From: Minisyncoccota bacterium
GTDB taxonomy: Bacteria; Patescibacteriota; Minisyncoccia; Phycocordibacterales; UBA9973
Length of the DNA stretch: 64,000 bases
Direction of reading: 5' to 3'
Assembly: GCA_041664605.1 (NCBI GenBank)
Contig: JBAYKO010000001.1
Span: 83,586-147,585 of the forward strand
The translations under genes and the position numbers were made by a program. Shown here piece after piece: positions 20,315-29,238 of the stretch (position 1 is the first letter of the stretch; each line of letters begins with the position of its first letter). The notes under the pieces were generated by a model. That model made no database searches. It had not been told where the DNA came from and saw nothing but the letters and a program-made list of their open reading frames with translations.

Positions 20315-20866
20315 ATGGATATAAGCAGTAAAATTGAAGCAATACTTTTTATCAAGGGTGAACCGGTTTCTTTCAAAAAACTGGCTGATCTTTTGGAAGT
20401 TAATATTTCAGAAATAAAAGAAAGTTTAGAAATTTTGGAAAAAAATTTAGAAAGTAGGGGATTACAACTCATTATTAAAGAAGATGAGGTAATGTTAGGA
20501 ACAAGAAAAGACTTAAGTTCTCTTTTGGAATTAATTAAAAAAGATGAATTAAATAGAGAATTAAGTAAAGCAAGTTTAGAGACTTTAACCATTATTCTTT
20601 ATAAAGAACATCCAACAAGAAGTGATATAGACTATATCAGGGGAGTTAATTCTAGTTTTATTTTAAGAAACCTATTAATCAGGGGTTTAATTGAAAGAGA
20701 AACTCACCCAACCGATCAAAGAAAGTTTATTTACAAACCAACCTTTGATTTACTTTCTTATCTTGGATTATCAAAAATAGACGAGCTTCCAAATTATCAA
20801 GATTTTCAAAATATTTTAACTAAAAGTGCTGAAGAAATAAGTGAATTAGAACAAGAAGAAATTTAA
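20315..20866 (+). CDS. scpB: Segregation/condensation protein B
   Basis: IEAILF, LSKASLETL..I.Y, IRGVNS. Confidence 0.95.
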   Translation: MDISSKIEAILFIKGEPVSFKKLADLLEVNISEIKESLEILEKNLESRGLQLIIKEDEVMLGTRKDLSSLLELIKKDELNRELSKASLETLTIILYKEHPTRSDIDYIRGVNSSFILRNLLIRGLIERETHPTDQRKFIYKPTFDLLSYLGLSKIDELPNYQDFQNILTKSAEEISELEQEEI

Positions 20867-20903
20867 AATAATAAAACCCCGCAATTTCTCGCGGGGTTTT
20901 TTC

Positions 20904-21182
20904 TTACCCAATGGTAAATTCAATAGAACGAGGATCAATAAAAGGTGTTTCAATTTTAACTGTCACACCTAATCCTTCAAAAATACTTGTAAGACACCTT
21001 ACTACATAATCAATGTCCCGATGATCATGTTCAAACAAAATATCACATCCATTTCCAAATTCTTTTATTTGAAATTTTGAAATTAAGATAAAACATTTTG
21101 CGAAAGCGTCTTCAATAATTTTTTGAAGTGATTCCTGTTCTCCATTAATAATGGGTCGATAAAAATGAACTTCTACTTTCAT
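20904..21182 (-). CDS. Orphan ORF, 92 aa, preceded by a long structured leader
   Basis: Terminator 20873-20902; promoter -35 at 21471-21476. Confidence 0.6.
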   Translation of the reverse strand: MKVEVHFYRPIINGEQESLQKIIEDAFAKCFILISKFQIKEFGNGCDILFEHDHRDIDYVVRCLTSIFEGLGVTVKIETPFIDPRSIEFTIG

Positions 21183-21527
21183 ACTCTACTGTTTTGGTTT
21201 TACGCAAGTAGCAGAGTCAAGGGTATAATCCGTTCTTCTTTCGTGGGGTTGGATTACTTAACCCTTGGGATATCAAAAGCACATCTAGCCGTGTGTGGAC
21301 CTCTCAATATCTCGGTCGTGTCATCTTGTACTGTTATTTCTCTTTATTCAGATCATAAGATCCAGCTGTACACCAAATAGGTTTTCCCGTAAGCCATGAA
21401 TAAATGTGTAATGGGCTAGCAAAACGCGATCTAACAATTCAGATTAAAGTATAGCATGTTCAATATACTTTGTCAAATAATTAAAATATATTACGAAAAT
21501 TGCTTGACCCATACACAGTGTGTTGGG

Positions 21528-21699
21528 TTGACAAAATATTTCAATTTGCTATCATATACTCACAAATGAATTATATATTTGCAAAACATCATAGCGTAAA
21601 TCATCTCCCATAAGGGGTATTTTACGTTTTTGTTTTAAATAAACTCTTAAAGTAAATACCTCTTTCCGGAGGTTTTTTAATTTCTTTAGGAGTTTTTTT
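21528..21699 (+). promoter_or_regulatory. Promoter plus His-codon leader-peptide attenuator
   Basis: TTGACA-N16-TATCAT; leader ORF 21566-21613 MNYIFAKHHSVNHLP; mutually exclusive 1:2, 2:3 and 3:4 stems; T-run. Confidence 0.7.
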
Positions 21700-21749
21700 A
21701 TTTGTATTTAGTAATAAATAATTATTTAAATTAAGGAAAGGAGGTAAAA

Positions 21750-21815
21750 GTGAAATTCCCAAAGATTAATTGTTCATTTGGTGGATCTCTGGGTGGTGCA
21801 GGTGTGCATATCTAG
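21750..21815 (+). CDS. 21-aa Gly-rich peptide MKFPKINCSFGGSLGGAGVHI
   Basis: AAGGAGGT Shine-Dalgarno at 21738-21745, GTG start, followed by a long hairpin at 21826-21864. Confidence 0.6.
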   Translation: MKFPKINCSFGGSLGGAGVHI

Positions 21816-21871
21816 AGAAAAAAATGAGAGAAATTTAACGGGCAAGACCTGTTAAATTTCTCTCAACTTAT

Positions 21872-21948
21872 GGTCTTGGTAGCTCAATTAGAAGAGCGCT
21901 CCGTTGTGGTCGGAGTGGTTGAGGGTGCAAGTCCCTTCCAGGACCCCA
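21872..21948 (+). tRNA. tRNA-His(GTG)
   Basis: Cloverleaf, anticodon arm CTCCG-TTGTGGT-CGGAG, encoded G-1:C73 pair and CCA; atypical T-loop TGCAAGT, D-loop without GG. Confidence 0.9.
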
Positions 21949-22163
21949 TACTTAGTGATTAGGTCACTAAGTAAAATTTAATAATTAATCTTCTGGCTAA
22001 TAGCTAGTCACTAGGAACTAGAAGCTAACTTATGAGTTATAAAAAGAAAAAAAGGAAAAAGAATATTATTAATCAACTCAATTACCGTTTTGGGTTGATT
22101 AAAATTGTTCTTTTAAAAATGTATAAAAGATTTTTCCAGAAAACACTTAAAAAAGGAGGGAAT

Positions 22164-22955
22164 ATGCAATTACAACAAACAAGATCAATTATGCAAAAGC
22201 TTCGCGAAAGAGCTAGAATTATTCGCCCCAACAATCTTCGGATTAATGATTGGGTAGATGAATACATTAATGAATGTATTTTAAATGGTAAACCGGTCGA
22301 AATTTTAGTTCAATGTTGTACAGCTCTTGGGCTTGAAAAGAGAAAGCAACAACAAGGAGGAAAATTTATTCCATTAAAAGCAGAGATTAAACTTATTAAA
22401 GAAGAAATACCTAGCGCTATTGATCTTTTTCTTTCCAATAATGTAGAGGTAAGTATATTCTTCACTTTTAATAGATCATATGTAACACAACGGCGTCTTT
22501 CAAATGAAACTTTTGAAGAATATATGACTATGATTAAAAATATTGATATGGATAAGCAAACTTCTTCAAGAATAGTTTTTTTAGATTGGGAAGAAGATGT
22601 TCTTGGGGAACTTCCTAAGCCAAACATTAATGTTCTTACTAATTTTGATCAAATTGTTTCAAAAGAAGCTATTTCAATTGAATTAAATAATTTTATTCAA
22701 ATCTTAAGTAGATATCCTGACAAACAAGTTTCAATTGATGAATTACGTAATGAAGCAAAATTTAGAATTTCTTGTGAGGCAGAGGAAGGGAGATTTTTAA
22801 CAAGCAAAGAATCACCATTTTCTAATGGAGAATTTATTTTGATTCCATTTGAGCTTCCAGAGAGATATGTTTTCTTTAAAATTTTGGCTCCTGATTTTCA
22901 AAAAAGAATTGTGCCAATTTTAAAGCCATATCCATGGCGGATGAACATTGAATAA
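22164..22955 (+). CDS. Uncharacterised alpha/beta protein (263 aa from the SD-led ATG; 307 aa from 22032)
   Basis: Long ORF, AAGGAGGG before ATG 22164, terminator 22975-23003. Confidence 0.8.
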   Translation: MQLQQTRSIMQKLRERARIIRPNNLRINDWVDEYINECILNGKPVEILVQCCTALGLEKRKQQQGGKFIPLKAEIKLIKEEIPSAIDLFLSNNVEVSIFFTFNRSYVTQRRLSNETFEEYMTMIKNIDMDKQTSSRIVFLDWEEDVLGELPKPNINVLTNFDQIVSKEAISIELNNFIQILSRYPDKQVSIDELRNEAKFRISCEAEEGRFLTSKESPFSNGEFILIPFELPERYVFFKILAPDFQKRIVPILKPYPWRMNIE

Positions 22956-23054
22956 TTCAAAATTCGACAAAATGAAACAGCGGTTATTTAACCGCTGTTT
23001 TTTGTCTTAGACTAATGCAAATAATGATTTTTTATACTATAATAGACAAATAAT

Positions 23055-24113
23055 ATGACCATAAATATGGTAAAAGTCTTTTTTCCAGCCATAGCTTGCT
23101 TTATAATCGGAATATCAATAACTCCGCTTTTAACTCATTTTTTTTATAAATATAAGATGTGGAAAAAGGCTTCTAGAAGTGCTGAAAATTCCGAAGAAAT
23201 GTCTGTAAACTTTAAAAAGATTCATAATGAAAAAGAGGAGTTGAGAACACCTAGAGTTGGAGGAATAATAATCTGGCTTAGTATTTTAATTACTATTCTT
23301 TTGATATTTCTAGTTTCAAAAATTTTTCCAACTGGGGCTACCCAAAAACTGAATTTTCTAAGTAGAAATCAAACTCTCTTACCTTTGTTTACTTTAATTT
23401 TTGCATCTTTAATTGGATTAGTGGATGATCTTTTTCAAATTTACGGCAAGGGTAAGTATGCTCGCGATCCAATTTTTTACAGAAGAATCAAAATTGCGCT
23501 TATTGTTGGAATTGGATTAGTTGTTGGTCTTTGGTTTTTTTATAAATTAGGAATGAATTCAATTGCAATTCCATTTGCTCACGAACTTTATATTGGGTGG
23601 TTATTTATTCCATTTTTTATTTTAGTAATGCTCGCATTTTTTTCTAGTAGTGTCATTGATGGGATTGATGGATTATCTGGTGGAGTTTTGGCTCCCGTTT
23701 TTGTTGCCTTGGGAACAATTGCTTTTATGCATTTGCAAATAGACATAGCTGTGCTTTGTTCTGTTATAACAGCCGGAATTTTGGCATTTCTATGGTTTAA
23801 TATTCCACCAGCCCGATTTTATATGGGAGAAACTGGTATGATTGGTTTGACTGTGACAATTACAGTTATTGCATTTTTAACTGATACAGTTTTAATTTTA
23901 CCCTTGATTGCGTTACCACTTGTTCTAACATCTCTTTCTGTAATTATTCAAATGATTTCTAAAAAATATTTTCATAAAAAAGTTTTTAGAATTGCTCCAC
24001 TTCATCATCATTTTGAAGCCCTTGGCTGGCCCTCATATAAAGTAACAATGCGTTTTTGGATTATATCTACCTTCTGTGCACTCTTTGGTGTGGTTATTGC
24101 ATTGATAAGCTAA
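23055..24113 (+). CDS. mraY: Phospho-N-acetylmuramoyl-pentapeptide transferase
   Basis: TPRVGG, IGLVDD, DGIDGL, FYMGETG, APLHHHFE. Confidence 0.93.
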   Translation: MTINMVKVFFPAIACFIIGISITPLLTHFFYKYKMWKKASRSAENSEEMSVNFKKIHNEKEELRTPRVGGIIIWLSILITILLIFLVSKIFPTGATQKLNFLSRNQTLLPLFTLIFASLIGLVDDLFQIYGKGKYARDPIFYRRIKIALIVGIGLVVGLWFFYKLGMNSIAIPFAHELYIGWLFIPFFILVMLAFFSSSVIDGIDGLSGGVLAPVFVALGTIAFMHLQIDIAVLCSVITAGILAFLWFNIPPARFYMGETGMIGLTVTITVIAFLTDTVLILPLIALPLVLTSLSVIIQMISKKYFHKKVFRIAPLHHHFEALGWPSYKVTMRFWIISTFCALFGVVIALIS

Positions 24114-24184
24114 GATAAAGAAATAAAGTATTATGAATTAAGTATGAGAAATAAAAAAACCCGCTCGACTGAGCGGATTTTTGT

Positions 24185-24388
24185 TTACGAATGTAATTTT
24201 CTGCTTCTCAAATATTCACAAAGGAAATAAATAAATGATAAAAAACAATAAATTGCAATTGCAAGGAAAAAGAGACCTGTGTATTTAAACTCTCCTTTAT
24301 AATCATGAGATATGATTACATACATTAATAAAACAAAAGAAACAAAATCTGAAATTGTACCTAAAATAAGTATTATTTTATTAAACAT
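24185..24388 (-). CDS. Orphan cassette ORF, 2-TM small protein inserted between mraY and ftsW
   Basis: Promoter TTGACA(24446-24451)-N17-TAGACT-N7-AGAAA; terminator 24153-24182. Confidence 0.65.
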   Translation of the reverse strand: MFNKIILILGTISDFVSFVLLMYVIISHDYKGEFKYTGLFFLAIAIYCFLSFIYFLCEYLRSRKLHS

Positions 24389-24502
24389 ATATATAAGAAC
24401 TTAATTTAATTTTCTATTGTAGAGTCTATCACATATATAATATTTTGTCAACAACTTTAAAAATAAAAATATCCTTTCAAATAAAGCGATTTTTGGTATA
24501 AT

Positions 24503-24560
24503 TTTTTACAAGGAACGATCTTGAGTGTAAAACTTTTAAGGTCGCACCTTTCAAAAAATT
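24503..24560 (-). repeat. ~58 bp REPIN-like element, copy 3 (inverted)
   Basis: Reverse complement matches 1042-1099 with a few substitutions. Confidence 0.8.
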
Positions 24561-24572
24561 TTACAAATTGAA

Positions 24573-25667
24573 ATGACAAAAAAAATAGATAAAGTTTTTT
24601 TCTTTACAGTAATTACCCTTGTTATTTTAGGGGTATTTATTTTTATATCTGCATCTCTTGGAGTGCTTGCAAAAAACCAAACAAAATTTTATTCAATATT
24701 ATTTAGTCAATTGGTATTAGGGCTTTGCGGGGGAACATTAGCATTAATTTTATTTTCTAAAATTGATTATAAATTTTGGAGAAAATATTCTTTTTATATT
24801 TTTTTAGTATCAATTGCTTTTACTTTACTTGTCTTTGTTCCTGGTATTGGTTTTAGTCACGGTGGAGCAAAAAGATGGATATCGCTTGGTTTTACAACTT
24901 TTCAACCTGTAGAATTTTTAAAGATAGGTTTTATTATGTATTTTGCGGCTTGGCTTTCTTGGGTTAAAAATAAAGTTCAGGATTTTAAGTTTAGTATTTT
25001 ACCAACAACAATTTTACTCGGTGTTGTTGCTTTAGTTTTATTAAAACAACCAGACACAAAAAGTGTTATTTTACTTGTTTTAGTTTCTTGTGGAATGCTT
25101 TTAATTTCTGGAGCAAAAATCAGATATTTAATTTTAACTTTTATTATAGCTGTAATGGCACTAGGGGGATTAATATTATTTAGGCCATATTTAGCGGAAA
25201 GAATGAAAACTTTTGTTGATCCTAGTAGGGATCCGTCCGGTTCTTCTTATCAACTCCAACAATCTTTGATTGCTGTCGGTTCAGGTGGGATGTTTGGTAG
25301 AGGTTTTGGACAAAGTATCCAAAAGTACAGTTATCTCCCAGAACCTCAAGGTGACTCAATTTTCGCTGTTATAGGGGAAGAATTTGGCTTTGTTGGTTCA
25401 GTTTTATTTATTATATTACTACTAGTTTTTGCCTTACGAGGTTTAAAAATAGCTAATAAGTCTCCTGACACCTTCAGTAGACTTTTTGTTGCTGGAATTG
25501 TTATACTTATAACAGCTCAGTCTTTTATTCACATAGCCTGTGCAATTGGAGTTTTTCCTTTAACTGGTTTACCTTTAGTTTTTGTTAGCCAAGGAGGAAC
25601 ATCACTTTTATTATCTCTCGCTGCAATAGGAATTATTTTAAATATTTCTAAATTTCAAAAGAGATAA
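24573..25667 (+). CDS. ftsW: SEDS peptidoglycan polymerase FtsW
   Basis: GAKRWI, FQPVEFLK, QPD, YLPEPQGDSIFAVIGEEFG, TGLPLVFVSQGG; upstream of murG. Confidence 0.92.
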   Translation: MTKKIDKVFFFTVITLVILGVFIFISASLGVLAKNQTKFYSILFSQLVLGLCGGTLALILFSKIDYKFWRKYSFYIFLVSIAFTLLVFVPGIGFSHGGAKRWISLGFTTFQPVEFLKIGFIMYFAAWLSWVKNKVQDFKFSILPTTILLGVVALVLLKQPDTKSVILLVLVSCGMLLISGAKIRYLILTFIIAVMALGGLILFRPYLAERMKTFVDPSRDPSGSSYQLQQSLIAVGSGGMFGRGFGQSIQKYSYLPEPQGDSIFAVIGEEFGFVGSVLFIILLLVFALRGLKIANKSPDTFSRLFVAGIVILITAQSFIHIACAIGVFPLTGLPLVFVSQGGTSLLLSLAAIGIILNISKFQKR

Positions 25668-25720
25668 ATAGGGGACTGACATTAATAATTTTTTAAAAAT
25701 AACCCTTCTATTAGCAGGGT

Positions 25721-26857
25721 ATGAAATATATGAAAATTCTTTTTACAGGAGGTGGAACGGGAGGGCATTTTTATCCGATTATTGCGGTTGCAGAAAAAGT
25801 AAATAAAATTTTAGACAAAGAAAAAATTATAAATTCTAAACTTTATTTTATGTCTGATTCTCCTTATGACAAGAAGGCTTTATTTGAAAATGGAATAATT
25901 TTTGAAAAAATTTATGCTGGTAAAATGAGAACTTATTTTTCTGTGAAAAATTTTTTTGATTTATTTAAAATTTTTTTTGGAATAATAGGGTCAATTTTTA
26001 AAGTTTATTCAATATACCCCGATGTTATATTTGCAAAAGGTGGGTATGCAAGTTTTCCTGTTTTAGTCGCTGCTAGAATTTTTAAAATTCCAGTAATTAT
26101 TCATGAATCAGATTCTGCTCCAGGAAGAGTAAATGTTTGGGCTTCAAAATTTGCTGAGAAAATAGCGATATCTTATGAGGAAGCTATAAAATATTTTCCT
26201 GTTGATAAAACAGCTTTTACAGGTCAACCAGTTAGAAAAGAAATTGAAAGACCAGTAAAAGAAGGGGCTTATGAATATTTAAAATTGGAAGAAAATATTC
26301 CTGTAATTCTTGTTTTAGGAGGATCTCAAGGAGCGGAAAGAATAAACAATACAATAACAGATACTCTTTCGGATTTAATTTCCAAATATCAGATTATTCA
26401 TCAAGTTGGAGAAAAAAACCTTCCTATTGTAAAAGAATTATCTGAAGGAATTTTAAACAATAGTGACTATAAAGATAGGTACAAACCATTCGGTTTTTTA
26501 AATGATTTAGCTATAAAAATGTCAGCCGGAGTTTCTGATCTAGTTATTTCAAGAGCGGGTTCTACTATTTTTGAGATTGCTTCATGGGGAATTCCATCGA
26601 TTATAATCCCAATAACAAATTCAAATGGAGATCACCAGAGAAAAAATGCTTTTAATTATGCAAGAGCTGGTGCTTGTGTGGTTATAGAAGAATCAAATCT
26701 TACACCATCAGTTTTGGTTGCTGAGATAGAAAAATTAATAAATGATAAAGAAAAAATAGCAAAAATGAAAAGTGCAGCTTCAAATTTTTACAAGGCAGAC
26801 GCTGCTGATAAAATAGCTCTAGAAATCGTTAAAATAGCTATAAAACATGAAAAGTAA
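25721..26857 (+). CDS. murG: Glycosyltransferase MurG
   Basis: GGGTGGH, GGYAS.P, GGSQGA, SRAGS, HQRKNA. Confidence 0.96.
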   Translation: MKYMKILFTGGGTGGHFYPIIAVAEKVNKILDKEKIINSKLYFMSDSPYDKKALFENGIIFEKIYAGKMRTYFSVKNFFDLFKIFFGIIGSIFKVYSIYPDVIFAKGGYASFPVLVAARIFKIPVIIHESDSAPGRVNVWASKFAEKIAISYEEAIKYFPVDKTAFTGQPVRKEIERPVKEGAYEYLKLEENIPVILVLGGSQGAERINNTITDTLSDLISKYQIIHQVGEKNLPIVKELSEGILNNSDYKDRYKPFGFLNDLAIKMSAGVSDLVISRAGSTIFEIASWGIPSIIIPITNSNGDHQRKNAFNYARAGACVVIEESNLTPSVLVAEIEKLINDKEKIAKMKSAASNFYKADAADKIALEIVKIAIKHEK

Positions 26858-28154
26858 AATTTTAAATATAAAATTACCTAAAAAAGAAAAACGGCAAATT
26901 TTTCTTTTAGTGGTTTTTGTTTTTATGCTATTGTTTTCTCCTAAAATTTTTGCTAAAACAGCAGATGAACTTCGTGATCAAATTCAACAAAAAAACGATG
27001 AGATTGTAAAATTGGAAAAAGAAATTGAAGAATATAGAAAACAACTGACAAGTCTTGGTACCCAAACAGGATCTTTAAAAAAATCTATAAAAGAACTTGA
27101 TTTAACAAAAAAGAAATTAATGGCTGATATAAAAGTAACTGAAAATAAGATAACTTCTGCTAATTTAGATATAAAAAAATTAGAGATGCAAATAGATGAA
27201 AAAGAAGAAAAAATAGGAGATAATAAAAAAGCTATTGCTGAAAGTCTAAGAAAAATAAACGAATTTGATTCCCAAAGTATTATAGAGCAACTTTTATCTA
27301 ATGAAAAAATTTCTGATACATGGAATGATATAGACAATATGAATAGTTTACAAAAAGAGATTAGTTTTGTTATTAATGATTTGAATCAATTAAAGCAAGG
27401 GCTTCAAGAAAATAAAACTGACACAGAAAGAGTTAGAAAAAGTTTAGTAGGCCTAAAAATTGATTTATCAGATGAGAAAAAAATTGTAGAACAAAATACT
27501 AAACAAAAAAATCAGTTATTAACTGAAACTAAAAATAAAGAATCAAATTATCAAAAACTTCTTAAGCAAAAACTTGTTCTGCAGGAAGCTTTTGAGAAAG
27601 AACTTCAAAATTATGAAGCTCAATTGAAATTCGTTTTAGATCCAAGTAAACTACCTAAAACAGGAATTGGTATTTTAAGTTGGCCTCTTGATAAAATTAT
27701 AATTACCCAGAGATTTGGAAATACAGCTGCAGCAAAAAGACTTTATGCTTCTGGGTGGCATAATGGAATGGACTTCGGAATACCAGTGGGGACTCCAGTA
27801 AAATCTATGGCTGATGGAATTATTTTAGGAACAGGGGATACAGATGTTACCTGCAAAGGAGCATCTTTTGGTAAGTGGGTTTTAATCAAATATAATAATG
27901 GGTTAGCTTCAACTTATGGCCACCTATCGATGATAAAGGTTTCTTCTGGAGAAAAGGTTACAAGAGGACAAGTTGTTGGTTATAGTGGAAATACAGGATA
28001 CTCAACAGGCCCACATCTTCATGTTTCTGTTTATGCAGGGGAGGCTGTAACTGTAAAAACTATGCCAAGTAAAACTTGTGGTGGGAGAATTTACACTATG
28101 CCAATTTCTGCTATTAATGCTTATCTTGATCCTGCTTTGTATTTACTAAAATAA
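26847..28154 (+). CDS. Coiled-coil M23 peptidase (murein hydrolase/EnvC-like)
   Basis: HNGMDF, YGHL, STGPHLH. Confidence 0.9.
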   Translation: MKSKILNIKLPKKEKRQIFLLVVFVFMLLFSPKIFAKTADELRDQIQQKNDEIVKLEKEIEEYRKQLTSLGTQTGSLKKSIKELDLTKKKLMADIKVTENKITSANLDIKKLEMQIDEKEEKIGDNKKAIAESLRKINEFDSQSIIEQLLSNEKISDTWNDIDNMNSLQKEISFVINDLNQLKQGLQENKTDTERVRKSLVGLKIDLSDEKKIVEQNTKQKNQLLTETKNKESNYQKLLKQKLVLQEAFEKELQNYEAQLKFVLDPSKLPKTGIGILSWPLDKIIITQRFGNTAAAKRLYASGWHNGMDFGIPVGTPVKSMADGIILGTGDTDVTCKGASFGKWVLIKYNNGLASTYGHLSMIKVSSGEKVTRGQVVGYSGNTGYSTGPHLHVSVYAGEAVTVKTMPSKTCGGRIYTMPISAINAYLDPALYLLK

Positions 28155-28231
28155 TATTTTATATAATGACACACAATAAAGTATTGTGTCAATACTTAAA
28201 ACAGGATTTAAAAATTATATAATTAATAAAC

Positions 28232-28537
28232 ATGCAATATATAAAAAAACAATCAGGATTTTTAAAACTTATTATACTTATTATTATCGCAGTTTTTATC
28301 TTAAGTTTTTTAAATGTGGACGTTCAATCAAAAATAGAATCACCTCAAATCAAAAATGATCTTGTTTATATAAAAGAAAATTCAATTATTGTTTGGGATA
28401 AATATTTATCTGAGCCATTATCGTATTTATGGAATAGTGTTTTTATAACAACTCTAGTAAATTCTTTTGTCGACGGAATAAAAAAACTTAAAAATGGAGA
28501 GCCAGTTGATTTCCAGCTTATGGCTCCGCAAGTTTAA
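28232..28537 (+). CDS. Small membrane protein with a prepilin-like N-terminus
   Basis: KKQSG|FLKLIILIII. Confidence 0.6.
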   Translation: MQYIKKQSGFLKLIILIIIAVFILSFLNVDVQSKIESPQIKNDLVYIKENSIIVWDKYLSEPLSYLWNSVFITTLVNSFVDGIKKLKNGEPVDFQLMAPQV

Positions 28538-28546
28538 TTAAAAAAA

Positions 28547-28828
28547 ATGAAAAAAATAATTCCTCTACTATTAATAATATGTTTCCTTTTTGGTGGCTTA
28601 AATTTGACCCAGGCTGCAACTAAAAATTCAAAGAGTACTAAAAGTACTAAGACCACGGTTATTAAAAAACAAAGTAAACAAAGTTCATCTGTTAGCAAAA
28701 AAAAGATTACAAAAAAAGTTGTAAAGAAAACTATTAAGAAAAAGGTTACGAAAAAGAAAAAGAAAGAAAAATTAGTTTTACATCCACCTAAAATTGATCC
28801 GAAAAACCCACCTGGAGGACTTGATTGA
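28547..28828 (+). CDS. Secreted Lys-rich low-complexity protein
   Basis: Signal peptide ending TQA, KK-rich body, Pro-rich tail. Confidence 0.6.
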   Translation: MKKIIPLLLIICFLFGGLNLTQAATKNSKSTKSTKTTVIKKQSKQSSSVSKKKITKKVVKKTIKKKVTKKKKKEKLVLHPPKIDPKNPPGGLD

Positions 28829-29238
28829 ATTAGGATTTTAAAGTTAGGGCTCAAAAGGTAGAGGATAGATGCATATGTATCAATTGAAAATGAACAGAAG
28901 GCTATTTTAAGCCTCTGATAACCCGTTCTTGGTTAAAAACATAGTATTTTATATAAATATGTTTAAGATTAATGTTTTTATTAAAATAAGTATGTACCAA
29001 AAGATATATTGTGCGACACTATATTAATTTTCAAATATAGTGTTTTTTTAATCCTCCCCCATGAATATGAATCAAAAATCAAATAATAGGAATTTTATAT
29101 AGATATTACAATTATTGTAAATATATTCTTATTTAAACATGAGAAGATACACCGTAAACAAAAAAGAGAATTTTAATGCGGAGAATAACAAATAACTATC
29201 TATTGACTAACTATCTATTGACATCAGTCCCCTATTTG

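Noticed and set aside
28830-29215. ~390-bp AT-rich gap as a hidden gene or RNA
   Set aside because: No convincing ORF, promoter-terminator pair or stable structure could be identified by eye.
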